Part shown: positions 1-9,339 of the stretch, one piece after another | Position numbering within the stretch: position 1 is the first letter of the stretch | Layout: each line of letters starts with the position of its first letter | Source of the DNA: a virus | Lineage: Duplodnaviria > Caudoviricetes | IMG/VR virus record: IMGVR_UViG_3300031965_000086 | Span: 1-38,684 of that record | Strand: one strand, 5' to 3' | Length of the DNA: 38,684 bases | Made by a program: the position numbers and the translations under genes | Notes under the pieces: model-generated | Database searches by the model: none | The model's input: only the letters and a program-made list of their open reading frames with translations | Told to the model about the DNA's origin: nothing

Positions 1-127
1 GTATTTGCCATTCGTGTGCTTCTTAGTCTTTAGTTTAACTATTGGCTGCTCATATAAGAATCTACCAACTCCCCACTTAACTGCGGCGCGTTTGAAAGCG
101 TCGCTAGCTTGCCCTTTTTCAGCTTCA
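1..127. repeat. Terminal overlap, left copy (circular assembly overlap)
   Basis: Identical to 38558-38684; 127 nt matches a common assembler k-mer; a gene reads through the junction. Confidence 0.95.
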
Positions 128-390
128 ACTTCAGATTCAGATCCAGCGTCCCACTTCCAGACCATACGACCTTCAACTTCGACTCCAATACCTCCGTAGA
201 CCGTTCCAGATACTTCTTTAAAATCACTCTCCCAAGCTAAACCAAGCACCTCATTTAATCGATCTGTAACCTGTCTAGAATCGATGTAAGCTACACAGGT
301 GGCGCCGTATTCTTTTGCGCTCTGTACACGCCATTGAAACGGCATTGGTGCAGATAATTTTTCTAAGATTGTTTGTTCTGTTTTGGCCAT
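1..390 (-). CDS. Rad52/Rad22-family single-strand annealing protein (Sak-like), 5' part; continues at 38557..38426 (173 aa total)
   Basis: Manual translation MAKTEQ...QWRVQS...VAYIDSRQVTDRLNEVLG...WKWDAG...EKGQASDAFKRAAVKWGVGRFLY has Rad52-like motifs; missed by the ORF track because it spans the junction. Confidence 0.9.
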   Translation of the reverse strand, partial: MAKTEQTILEKLSAPMPFQWRVQSAKEYGATCVAYIDSRQVTDRLNEVLGLAWESDFKEVSGTVYGGIGVEVEGRMVWKWDAGSESEVEAEKGQASDAFKRAAVKWGVGRFLYEQPIVKLKTKKHTNGKY

Positions 391-392
391 TT

Positions 393-614
393 TTAGTAGT
401 TTAATAATTCAAGTTTACTAGATAGTGCAGTAAGCTTTGATTCAAAGCACATTATACCCTCTTCTTCTTCTAACTCTTCATCTTGCCAGAATAAATTATT
501 CCAGTTACAACCAAATTTAAGAGTCATATACTGAGCCAGCTCGCAGAAGTTTTCTACCGGAGCTATAACTTTTGTGATCCCATCGATCTCGGAAACTTTA
601 ATTAAGCTTTGCAT
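393..614 (-). CDS. Hypothetical acidic protein
   Basis: ATG directly downstream of the repeated promoter; abuts the Sak start. Confidence 0.7.
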   Translation of the reverse strand: MQSLIKVSEIDGITKVIAPVENFCELAQYMTLKFGCNWNNLFWQDEELEEEEGIMCFESKLTALSSKLELLNY

Positions 615-672
615 TTGTTGTGTATGTAATAATTAACTACATTAGTGTAGTACACCACTAAAACATTGTCAA
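615..672 (-). promoter_or_regulatory. Sigma70-type promoter cassette, copy 1
   Basis: TTGACA(672-667)-17 nt-TACACT(649-644)-AATGTAGTTAATTATTACA. Confidence 0.8.
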
Positions 673-791
673 GTATAAAATTCTGTAAACTTCCTGTAAA
701 ATATTCCTGTACGACATTGTATGTAGTACCTAGACGTCTTCAACATTCTTATGTGTCAAAGCTTAAATTTGTTTGTGGATAATTAACTATA

Positions 792-809
792 GGGGCGGGA
801 AACCGCCCC
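792..809. other. GC hairpin with GAAA tetraloop between the divergent units
   Basis: GGGGCGG-GAAA-CCGCCCC. Confidence 0.6.
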
Positions 810-822
810 CGTCTAGTGGTGT

Positions 823-851
823 TTGACTGCGATATTAGAAACATGTATATT
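823..851 (+). promoter_or_regulatory. Promoter of the replication operon
   Basis: TTGACT-17 nt-TATATT. Confidence 0.65.
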
Positions 852-974
852 GGATGTAATGAAATGCGTCGACACAAAATTTTCACTTAAAAATAGTAAA
901 TCCTAAGCGGGGAGGGAACTCCTTTGTCGGCGCGCCCTTCTCGCTTAGGGCGTATTACCTATTATCTTAAGTTT

Positions 975-1703
975 ATGAACATTACCATTATCCAGGAGTA
1001 CCAGGACAGCCTCAGAATAACAACTATTGAAGGTAAAGAAACCGCAAGTGACTCATCTAGATTCAGTGTGATGCCTACGTGGGTCATGGAAAGTAGAATT
1101 CTAACGCCTAATGAAAAACTCATATACTCTTTACTGCACACATTTAATACTAACGCTAAATCATTTTACGGTAGCAATGATTTTATAGCCCGCAGTGTTG
1201 GGCTCACTGAATCAGGAGTGCAATCTGTACTTAATAAGCTGGAAGGTCGAGGTTTGATTAAAAGACACTACGAGGAAGGCCAGCCAATCAAAGGTCGCAA
1301 GTCAATAGAAACGTTCGAACCTATCTATGACGGTAGACAGACCTATCTACGCTCATCGATAGGCCTATCTATGCCGGTAGATACCCCCCTATCTATGCCG
1401 GTAGACCATACTAATATAGATAATACTAATAAAGTTACTAATGACCATTTTCAAAAATTTTGGGAACAGTATCCACGTAAGATAGGAAAAGAGAAGTCAC
1501 GTAAGTTGTTTACTTCCCTTATAAGGAAGCAAAAGATTCCTGCTACTTCTATTCTCGACGGTTTGTCACGTGCAAACAGCTCGTGGAGTCGAGACAAGAC
1601 TGAGTTGAGATTTATCCCCCACCCCGCTACTTGGTTAGCAGACGGAAGGTGGGAGGACGACTTTGCGCCGCAAAAAGCGCCTGCTTTTAGGAAACTTAAT
1701 TAA
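975..1703 (+). CDS. Phage replication initiator (N-terminal winged HTH)
   Basis: LTPNEKLIYSLL...SNDFIARSVGLTESGVQSVLNKLEGRGLI and C-terminal FQKFWEQYPRKIGK...HPATWL..RWED; ATG 975 preferred over TTG 924, which lies in the leader hairpin. Confidence 0.88.
   Translation: MNITIIQEYQDSLRITTIEGKETASDSSRFSVMPTWVMESRILTPNEKLIYSLLHTFNTNAKSFYGSNDFIARSVGLTESGVQSVLNKLEGRGLIKRHYEEGQPIKGRKSIETFEPIYDGRQTYLRSSIGLSMPVDTPLSMPVDHTNIDNTNKVTNDHFQKFWEQYPRKIGKEKSRKLFTSLIRKQKIPATSILDGLSRANSSWSRDKTELRFIPHPATWLADGRWEDDFAPQKAPAFRKLN
1320..1443. repeat. Iteron origin of replication inside the initiator gene
   Basis: CCTATCTATG(A/C)CGGTAGA at 1320, 1364 and 1388, a degenerate copy at 1342, then an AT-rich tract with TACTAAT x3. 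Confidence 0.8.
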
Positions 1704-2513
1704 ATGGCATACACAGACAAGCTCGCCGCAGATTTAAAACAATACCAAGAGCAGGTGCTAACTGGCACATCTCCTGGAATCAGTAGCGGCTTTAATTTGC
1801 TAGACAAAACTATAGGCAAGATTGAGCCAAGTCATATATGGCTAATTGGTGGCAAAAGCGGTGTTGGTAAAACGTTTTTTCTGCAGAATTTGGCTAACAA
1901 CTATGTGCAAAACGGTGCTCGTGTAATTATTTTTTCTACAGAGTTGACAGTCAAGTCATATGCTATACGCCACGGGATGATGCTAGGAGGGGTCTACAAG
2001 CTACAATTTGAGAATAACCCGACAAGGTATAAGCAACAAGTTTCAGATGGCTTTATGGAGTATCTGAGCCTCACAAACCGTCTAGCTGTATGTTCTGTGT
2101 CTTCTCTTGAGCAAATCGTGGAGCTCACGTCTAAAAAGAAACCAGATCTAATCATGATCGACTATGTGCAGGAACTGTCAGTTGGTGATGAGTATTCAAA
2201 GAAAGACACTATGCCACTTATTGGCGCCAAGCTGAAAGAATTTGCCATGTCTAGCGGGATACCGATGGTCGTGGCTTCTCAGGTTAAGAACGGTGTTTTA
2301 GATGCAGACGCGTATACTACAAACCAAACCCCCTATGACTTTGCAAAAGAATTAAACAACGCGGCTCATAACGCCATATGGATTCAGCGTAAAAAAAACG
2401 AAGACGGAACGCTGGAACCAATTTTGACTGCGCTAATAACAAAGGCGCGCGACGGTGAGCTTGGCGGCATTAGCTTTGATATTTTACCTGGTTATCAACT
2501 TAGAGAACAGTGA
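1704..2513 (+). CDS. DnaB-like (SF4) replicative helicase, motor domain only
   Basis: SGFNLLD, Walker A GGKSGVGKT, FSTE, Walker B IMIDYVQ, VASQ, KARDG. Confidence 0.88.
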   Translation: MAYTDKLAADLKQYQEQVLTGTSPGISSGFNLLDKTIGKIEPSHIWLIGGKSGVGKTFFLQNLANNYVQNGARVIIFSTELTVKSYAIRHGMMLGGVYKLQFENNPTRYKQQVSDGFMEYLSLTNRLAVCSVSSLEQIVELTSKKKPDLIMIDYVQELSVGDEYSKKDTMPLIGAKLKEFAMSSGIPMVVASQVKNGVLDADAYTTNQTPYDFAKELNNAAHNAIWIQRKKNEDGTLEPILTALITKARDGELGGISFDILPGYQLREQ

Positions 2514-2731
2514 AATCTGGATCATACGAAGAGACAATTTTAAATAAATTGTACAATGGGGAGGCAAGCTTAAGCGAATTAGAACTGTTCAACGACTATG
2601 TTGGCAGGATGGCAGATTTTGCGCTTATCTTAAATAATACAGAAGCACTTAAATATTGGTCTATGGTGTCCAAAGTCTTTACTGAATTGCTTATAGACGA
2701 TACAAGGCGAAAATTCTTCACAAACACTTGA
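2510..2731 (+). CDS. Hypothetical protein
   Basis: GTGA overlap with the helicase stop. Confidence 0.6.
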   Translation: MKSGSYEETILNKLYNGEASLSELELFNDYVGRMADFALILNNTEALKYWSMVSKVFTELLIDDTRRKFFTNT

Positions 2732-2784
2732 CACCGCTAAACCAACATAGTACACTAGTGTAGTTAATTATTACACAACAAGTT
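2728..2784 (+). promoter_or_regulatory. Sigma70-type promoter cassette, copy 2
   Basis: TTGACA(2728)-17 nt-TACACT(2751)-AGTGTAGTTAATTATTACACA. Confidence 0.8.
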
Positions 2785-3054
2785 ATGCACATAGAAATAC
2801 TCACTAAAGTTAGATTATCCAACATGACAACCATGGAAGGTATGCTAAATGACGGTTATGCCTGTAGAGCGTATCCAGAATACATCGTTGAGATGCGAAA
2901 AACTGGGAAGCGTAGATATGTTTATGCAATTTACGAGGATGGGCTACTTGCTGACGCTGGTAGTTACACACCACCTAGTGGAGAGACTGGAATTTTGCAC
3001 ACAGAAGATCCTTATTTAGAGGTTCAGAAGATGAACACTGCAAACCTATCATGA
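2785..3054 (+). CDS. Hypothetical protein
   Basis: First ORF after promoter copy 2. Confidence 0.7.
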   Translation: MHIEILTKVRLSNMTTMEGMLNDGYACRAYPEYIVEMRKTGKRRYVYAIYEDGLLADAGSYTPPSGETGILHTEDPYLEVQKMNTANLS

Positions 3055-3206
3055 ACAGATACATAGACACCCCCAAAAATCGAGCTAGAATGTACCAACA
3101 ACTGCCGTTGATAGCCAAATGGGTATACAACCTCATGTTGATGCCTTACCCCTACCAATATCGGGCTAAGGTTGGGAAAGACTTTAAATATATTTTAAAC
3201 AAATAA
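3051..3206 (+). CDS. Hypothetical 51-aa protein
   Basis: ATGA overlap; MNRYIDTPKNRARMYQQLP...KYILNK*. Confidence 0.6.
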   Translation: MNRYIDTPKNRARMYQQLPLIAKWVYNLMLMPYPYQYRAKVGKDFKYILNK

Positions 3207-3209
3207 ATC

Positions 3210-3368
3210 ATGACATGTTCACAATTATTTTGGGTCGTTATATTCCCACCCTTCGCAGTAGCTAACAAAGGTTGTGAGGCTATGTTCTTAGTTGGCTTGT
3301 TAACCTTATGTGGATGGATCCCGGGGTCGATCGCAGCTTTAATGTTTATTGTAAACGACGAGAAATGA
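3210..3368 (+). CDS. YqaE/Pmp3-family membrane proteolipid (52 aa)
   Basis: MTCSQLFWVVIFPPFAVANKGCEAMFLVGLLTLCGWIPGSIAALMFIVNDEK contains the PPxAV...LLTLxGWIPG signature. Confidence 0.85.
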   Translation: MTCSQLFWVVIFPPFAVANKGCEAMFLVGLLTLCGWIPGSIAALMFIVNDEK

Positions 3369-3607
3369 ATGATAAAAATGAACTGGTCGATGTACTTAAA
3401 AATGCTTTAAAGAAAGACATTCAAAAAATGGGCCTCGATCAAAAACTAGTTCATGATATGAGACCAAGCGAAATTTATATGCTGGAAGTAATAGCTTCGA
3501 TAAGTGGCAGGCAAAAAGCCATGAATGGTGTAGTTAGTTTCGGGTGCTTTGGGGCTTGGATAAGTGTTACTATACTTATAATATTCGCATTGGTACTTAT
3601 ATTTTGA
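3365..3607 (+). CDS. Hypothetical protein with C-terminal TM helix
   Basis: ATGA overlap at 3365; hydrophobic C-terminus. Confidence 0.7.
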   Translation: MNDKNELVDVLKNALKKDIQKMGLDQKLVHDMRPSEIYMLEVIASISGRQKAMNGVVSFGCFGAWISVTILIIFALVLIF

Positions 3608-3616
3608 CGCGGCTTT

Positions 3617-3625
3617 TGATATACT
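3617..3625 (+). promoter_or_regulatory. Extended -10 promoter upstream of the glycosylation cluster
   Basis: TGaTATACT about 30 nt before ATG 3656. Confidence 0.55.
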
Positions 3626-3655
3626 AGGTCACAATTTAATTAACTTCAAAAATTA

Positions 3656-4858
3656 ATGAAAAAGATATTGCTAGTTTCTGATTCCCCATACGCTACAACT
3701 GGCCTCGGGAGAATGAGTAAGTATTTTTTAAAGATGTTACCAGAATTTGAATGGACAGTCTGGGGCGCCCACCATCCAGAGTTTCATGTCAGAAACGGTG
3801 TACATACTCCAATATTCTCACCAGATGATTTTGAAGCTAAGTTTCAGATTTTATCCCCTAAGACATATACAAAAGATCAGCTAGGACTAGAAATAGTACC
3901 TTCAGTAATAGATCAATTAAAGCCTGATTATGTAATAACCTCTATGGACTATGACAAGGTTGTTGATTCAATATTAGAAGGTTTAAAGCAAGCACAATTT
4001 AGCGGTAACTTCAAATGGATTAATTACTTTCCGATAGACAGAGAAGATTATAAGATGGGCGAGGCTTCTAGTTTTAGGTACCCAGACGTTAACGTTTGTA
4101 TCACTAAATTCGGCCAGGGTAAAATTAAAGAGCAAAACCCAAGGCTTCCAATCAAGCAGATATATCATCCAATCGACGCCTCAGAGTTCCCAGAAATAAA
4201 GAAGAAACATATCGAAAACTTTAGGAGTAAAACATTCAAGGGCGTAGATAAAACAGACTTTTTGATCGGTAGTGTGAACAGATCTTTTGCTAGGAAAGAC
4301 ACTCCTAGACTTGTAAGAATATTGTCAGAATATTTTAGAGATAATGAAGGTGTTAAGGGTTATATCCATGGTGGGTCTACAACATACGAGGGGTTGAATT
4401 TATATAACGTTGCAAAAGAAAGTCAGATTAGACCTCAGTCATTATTCTTTTTGCCAGAGTCAGTACCAGAAACTGACGGTGTATCACCTGATGATTTAAA
4501 TAAAATATACAGGTCTATGGATTTGTTCTTAACAGTATCTACTGGAGAGGGTTTTGGTTTTACAACAGTTGAAGCGATGCTTACCAAAACGCCAATCATA
4601 GCGCCGCACAACACAAGTTTTACTGAGCTAGTTCAAGACTTTGGGTATTTAATTCCCACAGCTGAAATGGCATTCCACCACAACGGAAATACCTGTATGT
4701 GGCCTTTAGTCAATACAGATGCAGTTAAGGAAAAGATCACATATGTCAGAGAAAACTACGATGAGGCACAAGAAAAAGCTAACTTAGGTGCTAAGTGGGT
4801 TAAGGATAATTTAAACCTAGATGTTATAGCTAACCAATGGCGAGAGATTCTAGTGTAA
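3656..4858 (+). CDS. GT-B fold glycosyltransferase (GT4-like)
   Basis: N-terminal SDSP..TG.G, VNR..RK and EGFG...VEAM (EX7E) motifs. Confidence 0.92.
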   Translation: MKKILLVSDSPYATTGLGRMSKYFLKMLPEFEWTVWGAHHPEFHVRNGVHTPIFSPDDFEAKFQILSPKTYTKDQLGLEIVPSVIDQLKPDYVITSMDYDKVVDSILEGLKQAQFSGNFKWINYFPIDREDYKMGEASSFRYPDVNVCITKFGQGKIKEQNPRLPIKQIYHPIDASEFPEIKKKHIENFRSKTFKGVDKTDFLIGSVNRSFARKDTPRLVRILSEYFRDNEGVKGYIHGGSTTYEGLNLYNVAKESQIRPQSLFFLPESVPETDGVSPDDLNKIYRSMDLFLTVSTGEGFGFTTVEAMLTKTPIIAPHNTSFTELVQDFGYLIPTAEMAFHHNGNTCMWPLVNTDAVKEKITYVRENYDEAQEKANLGAKWVKDNLNLDVIANQWREILV

Positions 4859-5514
4859 CTATTCTGTATAGAATTGCTGAAAAGGGTGCTAAGAATAAAA
4901 ATAAGATTAAACCAGCATGGATTAACAACAAATCGTGCTTGGAAAATTTAGTTAAGCACACTAACGGAGAGGCACGTATAGTTGTTTTTGGCGATAACTT
5001 AAAGGCTGGAACAGCTGAATGGATATGTGAACTACCTGTGGAATACATAGAGACTAAAGCACACGGTAATTCAGAAACGTTCTTAGAGGTTTATAATTAT
5101 GCACTAGATCTTGCAGCTGACGACATTGTTTATTTTGTAGAAGATGACTACTTACACAGGCCGGGTTTTATAAGCATTATTAAAGAGGGTTTAAATAGGG
5201 TTGATTATGTAAGTTTGTATGACCATCCAGATAAATACGGAGGTAACCCAACAAGGTTATTTGTGACTGAAAGCTCTCACTGGCAATTTGTGCCATCTAC
5301 TACAATGACATTCGCTGCGAAGGCATCCACTCTAGTATTTGACGAAGATGTTTTCACTCAAGCAGTTACTACAGGTAACCCTCCAGACCACCTAATATTT
5401 AGCTATTTAACCGGCAAAATGGGCAGAAGACTTGCAACCCCTATTCCTGGGTTTGCTACGCATGGGGAGACAGCTTTTCTAGCACCTATAATTGATTGGG
5501 AGCGTTTATCATGA
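4837..5514 (+). CDS. Putative GT-A fold glycosyltransferase
   Basis: GN..TF, IVYFVEDDYLH (xDD motif), YDHPDKY. Confidence 0.75.
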   Translation: MARDSSVTILYRIAEKGAKNKNKIKPAWINNKSCLENLVKHTNGEARIVVFGDNLKAGTAEWICELPVEYIETKAHGNSETFLEVYNYALDLAADDIVYFVEDDYLHRPGFISIIKEGLNRVDYVSLYDHPDKYGGNPTRLFVTESSHWQFVPSTTMTFAAKASTLVFDEDVFTQAVTTGNPPDHLIFSYLTGKMGRRLATPIPGFATHGETAFLAPIIDWERLS

Positions 5515-6209
5515 ACTTCTTAGTTGTAATTTATCACGAAACAGAAGCTCATTTTAATATGATGGTTAACACCCTTAAAAGTTTTCCAGAAGGGTCGGAG
5601 ATAACAGCCGTTGTCAATAAAAGATTGGAGGGTGCACAGTACCCAGAAGGTATTAACTATATCGAGAATGATATCAACTGCCTTGGTAGAGCTTGGAATA
5701 TAGGGATTAGGGAAATATTTAAAACTCAAAATATAGCTTTTGTTTCTAATTTAGATATAGTAGCGCCTGAACCTGGAGCTTTAGTATTTATCCAACACGC
5801 GTTAGAGCAAGATCCATCAATTGGTGTAGTTGGTGCGACACCGCACAGGTTCGGTGAAAATAAGCCTATTTCAGTTGAACCGCGGCTTCTAAACCACGGC
5901 GATGGTAGTTTTAGTTTCTTTGCGATACATAAAGATGCTTTTGAAAAAGTGGGTGGTTTTAGTGAGGAATACCTTCCCTGTTATTTTGAGGACAACGACA
6001 TGTTAGAGCGCCTAAAAAAGTTCAGGTTTAAGCCTATGCAGTTTGCTAATATCACTTATCACCACGTAACTCAGGGCACCGTTAAGCATGGGACTGATTC
6101 GAAAACACAGTACCCAGAATATATGCAGCGCAACTTAGAAAAGTTTAAGGAAATGTGGGGATTTGTGCCGCCACACTTGCCACAAGATATTAATTTCTTA
6201 ACTAAATGA
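5511..6209 (+). CDS. GT2-family glycosyltransferase
   Basis: AWNIG, SNLDI, FEKVGGFSEEY...YFEDND, YHH. Confidence 0.88.
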   Translation: MNFLVVIYHETEAHFNMMVNTLKSFPEGSEITAVVNKRLEGAQYPEGINYIENDINCLGRAWNIGIREIFKTQNIAFVSNLDIVAPEPGALVFIQHALEQDPSIGVVGATPHRFGENKPISVEPRLLNHGDGSFSFFAIHKDAFEKVGGFSEEYLPCYFEDNDMLERLKKFRFKPMQFANITYHHVTQGTVKHGTDSKTQYPEYMQRNLEKFKEMWGFVPPHLPQDINFLTK

Positions 6210-6952
6210 AAATGATGCAAGCTGCTGCAGTAATATCATATTCTAGTTACCACAACCCATTTATTGCTCGGTGTATAGATGAAGCTAAAAAGGTAGCAGC
6301 TGAGGTTATCGTTGTAAGTTATGACCATTTTTTTGATGGTCAAGTAGATACCGAATTGTTAAAGCTTGAAGGTGTTAATCATATAAAGCTTAAGTATAGC
6401 CCAGGGCATTCATCTAGACATTATCATAATGAAGGACGTAAAGCGGGGTTTGACGCGATCCAGAACAAAGATATAGATGGGGTGTTCTTTATAGATTCGG
6501 ATGAAATACTAGAAGGTCAAAAGGTCGCTAGTTGGATGTTAGAGATTGCAGAACCTACAGAAGATTACAAGCTAGCGCACTTTTGGTATTACAGAGATAC
6601 TTGTTATAGAGCAAAGCAGGTAGAGGAAGGGGCTGTATTCTTATCTATGCAAACAGCGACTAGCCCGCTAATTAACTGGTATTCAGAGAGAGAAAGGGAA
6701 GGTTTTTCTAATAGATGGAATTACATGGAAGGATACAAAGGTAGACCGCTAGGACATCACTACTCATGGGCCGGTACTAAGGATATGCTACTTAGGAAGG
6801 TTAACAGCTGGGGTCATAATGCAGACAACTTTAACTGGATAGGCATGGTAGAAAACGAGTTTAGTCATGATTTTGATTTTAAATGCCCTTTTAGGCCACA
6901 GTATCAATTTATTCAAGTGGAACCCTATGTCAAATTTGCCTTTAATGAGTAA
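6206..6952 (+). CDS. GT2-like glycosyltransferase
   Basis: EVIVV, FFIDSDEI, HHYSW...K..SWGH. Confidence 0.8.
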   Translation: MKMMQAAAVISYSSYHNPFIARCIDEAKKVAAEVIVVSYDHFFDGQVDTELLKLEGVNHIKLKYSPGHSSRHYHNEGRKAGFDAIQNKDIDGVFFIDSDEILEGQKVASWMLEIAEPTEDYKLAHFWYYRDTCYRAKQVEEGAVFLSMQTATSPLINWYSEREREGFSNRWNYMEGYKGRPLGHHYSWAGTKDMLLRKVNSWGHNADNFNWIGMVENEFSHDFDFKCPFRPQYQFIQVEPYVKFAFNE

Positions 6953-7613
6953 GCTTATAATACTAACACCCACAAAGGGCAGACCAGATAATCTGCAACG
7001 ATTAAATGATAGTTTTAAAGCTACGTCTACAAAAAACTATTCGTCTTTAATGCCTATCTTAGACCGTGTAGAAGCTAAAGAGTATCCAGATATCGGTTAC
7101 CTTAAATGCCCTCAAAACTACAACTTAGTTGAAAAACTAAACTTTGGCGCTAAGTGGGCGATAAAAGCCGACTTCAAATATCTTGCTTTCTTAGGTGACG
7201 ATGTCGTGATCCATACACCGGGGTTTGATGTACTTATTGACGAAGCTTTTGCGGCAGATCCAACTTTAAAGATTATACATTGTGCAGATAAGCTACATAA
7301 CGGCACGATTGCTAATCACTGGGTTATAAGGGCGGATGTTATAAGGGCGGTAGGGTTTTTTGCACTACCTGTTTGTAAGCATATGTTTATAGACAATTTC
7401 TGGACTCATGTTGGGCGCGAAACTAACAGTATTAAGTATATGGACAACGTATTGTGGGAGCATTTACATTACATGTCTAACAGATCGCGCATGGATAATA
7501 CATACCAAATAGCCAACAATGAGGATGTATTTACTCACGACCAAGACGCATATAATGAGTTCCTATCTAGCAGCACATATATTAATTTCTTAACTGTATA
7601 TAACAATGTCTAA
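6945..7613 (+). CDS. GT2-like glycosyltransferase
   Basis: PTKGRP, KLN.GA, FLGDD, HMFIDN, EHLH; start at ATG 6945. Confidence 0.8.
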   Translation: MSKLIILTPTKGRPDNLQRLNDSFKATSTKNYSSLMPILDRVEAKEYPDIGYLKCPQNYNLVEKLNFGAKWAIKADFKYLAFLGDDVVIHTPGFDVLIDEAFAADPTLKIIHCADKLHNGTIANHWVIRADVIRAVGFFALPVCKHMFIDNFWTHVGRETNSIKYMDNVLWEHLHYMSNRSRMDNTYQIANNEDVFTHDQDAYNEFLSSSTYINFLTVYNNV

Positions 7614-8583
7614 GATACTAGTAACTGGTGGTGTCGGCTTCATAGGATCTCACATAGCCCTGGAGCTAACTGTGTTAGGTCATGACGTTATAACTATTGA
7701 CGACTTAAGCGGCGGCACAGCGAATATAGTACATGGTGTTGATAATCACATGGCTAGTATTACAGATGCGGTAGCCATTGATAGTATATTTGCAGAGCAT
7801 AACTTTGATTATGTATTTCACGCCGCGGCATATGCAGCAGAAGGGCTTAGCCCGTTTATTCGCAAATTCAACTACGAGACCAACTTAATTGGTAGCATTA
7901 ACTTAATAAACTCGAGTATTAAATACAAGGTCAAGCACTTCACATTCCTAAGCTCTATTGCGGTATACGGAGAAGAAAGCATGATAGAGGGCTGGGGCTT
8001 TGAAAAGCCTATTGACCCCTACGGTATCTCTAAGCTTGCTACAGAAATGGATTTATTCGCGGCTAACAAGCAGTTCGGACTTAACTATACAATCTTTAGG
8101 CCACACAACGTGTATGGAGAGCGCCAAAACTTAAACGACCCATTCAGAAACGTTGTAGGTATCTTTATGCGACGTAAGTTACTAGGAGAGTCTGTAACAG
8201 TCTTTGGCGATGGGATGCAAACCAGATCATTTACCTATGTGGGAGACATCGTACCTGCTATTTGTGAATCGATAACGAACATAGATATGTTAAACAAAAC
8301 ATTTAATATTGGAAGCGATGACACTTACACAATTAGTGATCTAGTTAGATTGCTTAATCTGGAGAAGGTAGAATATGTGGAAGAGCGACACGAGGTTAAG
8401 CACACAATACCAGACCATAGATTAATCAATGATGTAACAACGCTTGGTAACACACCGCTTAAAGATGGCTTAGATACCATGTGGCGCTGGGCACAAATAC
8501 AGGACATTAAACCCTACACCAAACCCAACTTTAATTTAGAAATTACAAAAGGATTACCACAATCATGGAAATCATTAATTTAG
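7606..8583 (+). CDS. NAD-dependent NDP-sugar epimerase/dehydratase (extended SDR)
   Basis: VTGGVGFIGSH, SSIAVYG, YGISK (YxxxK), RPHNVYG. Confidence 0.95.
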   Translation: MSKILVTGGVGFIGSHIALELTVLGHDVITIDDLSGGTANIVHGVDNHMASITDAVAIDSIFAEHNFDYVFHAAAYAAEGLSPFIRKFNYETNLIGSINLINSSIKYKVKHFTFLSSIAVYGEESMIEGWGFEKPIDPYGISKLATEMDLFAANKQFGLNYTIFRPHNVYGERQNLNDPFRNVVGIFMRRKLLGESVTVFGDGMQTRSFTYVGDIVPAICESITNIDMLNKTFNIGSDDTYTISDLVRLLNLEKVEYVEERHEVKHTIPDHRLINDVTTLGNTPLKDGLDTMWRWAQIQDIKPYTKPNFNLEITKGLPQSWKSLI

Positions 8584-9098
8584 ATCAAATAGACATAACA
8601 ACACTAGAGTCACATATTAAAGCACACGTGTCTAATTTCGTAGATCAACCAGGGCTAGAGCCATACACTTTGTACTCCTTTTTTTCAAGTAGGCTTAAGG
8701 CGGGAGCTAAAGTAGCCGACCTTGGCACACTGCAAGGCCTTTCAGCACTAGCACTTAGCTACAACCCGGATGTGCAAGTTACTTCCTACGACATTGATCT
8801 AAGTAAAAATATAGTAGAAAAAGATAGCATTATTTTTGTACAAGGTAACTGCTTTGATCACCTAGATGATATTTTACAAAGCGACCTAATACTTATAGAC
8901 ATTGACCCCCACGATGGAATTCAAGAACAGGATTTCTATGATATACTGCTACAGAAACACTATAGCGGTATTACCCTGTGGGATGATATACATCATAACT
9001 TAGGCATGAAAAATTTCTGGCATAAGGTTGAATCTAAAAAAACAGATCTTACAAACGTTGGTCACCATTCAGGCACAGGACTTATAGAATTTAGATAA
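8565..9098 (+). CDS. Class I SAM-dependent methyltransferase (probable sugar O-methyltransferase)
   Basis: DLGTLQGLS, SYDI, IDIDPHDG, WDDI, GHHSGTG. Confidence 0.8.
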   Translation: MEIINLDQIDITTLESHIKAHVSNFVDQPGLEPYTLYSFFSSRLKAGAKVADLGTLQGLSALALSYNPDVQVTSYDIDLSKNIVEKDSIIFVQGNCFDHLDDILQSDLILIDIDPHDGIQEQDFYDILLQKHYSGITLWDDIHHNLGMKNFWHKVESKKTDLTNVGHHSGTGLIEFR

Positions 9099-9339
9099 AA
9101 ACTTAGACAAGATCGCAGTTTTCAACTTCTGAAGTTAGCTAACTTAACAATTGGCCGCTCTGAACTAACAAAAAAAATACATATAAGCGATAGAAGAGAA
9201 GGTTAATAAAATACTAATTTGATATAAATATTTGTTCATTTATTTAACCACTACCCTACCCTACTGAAAAGCCCAAAATGGCCGGTTTTAGGGGGTAAGT
9301 AGAAGAGAGTAGGGGAGAGGAGTATAAGTAGATTAAATT

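Noticed and set aside
5-227. Track ORFs 5-199 (+) and 39-227 (-)
   Set aside because: They overlap the true Sak frame 390..1
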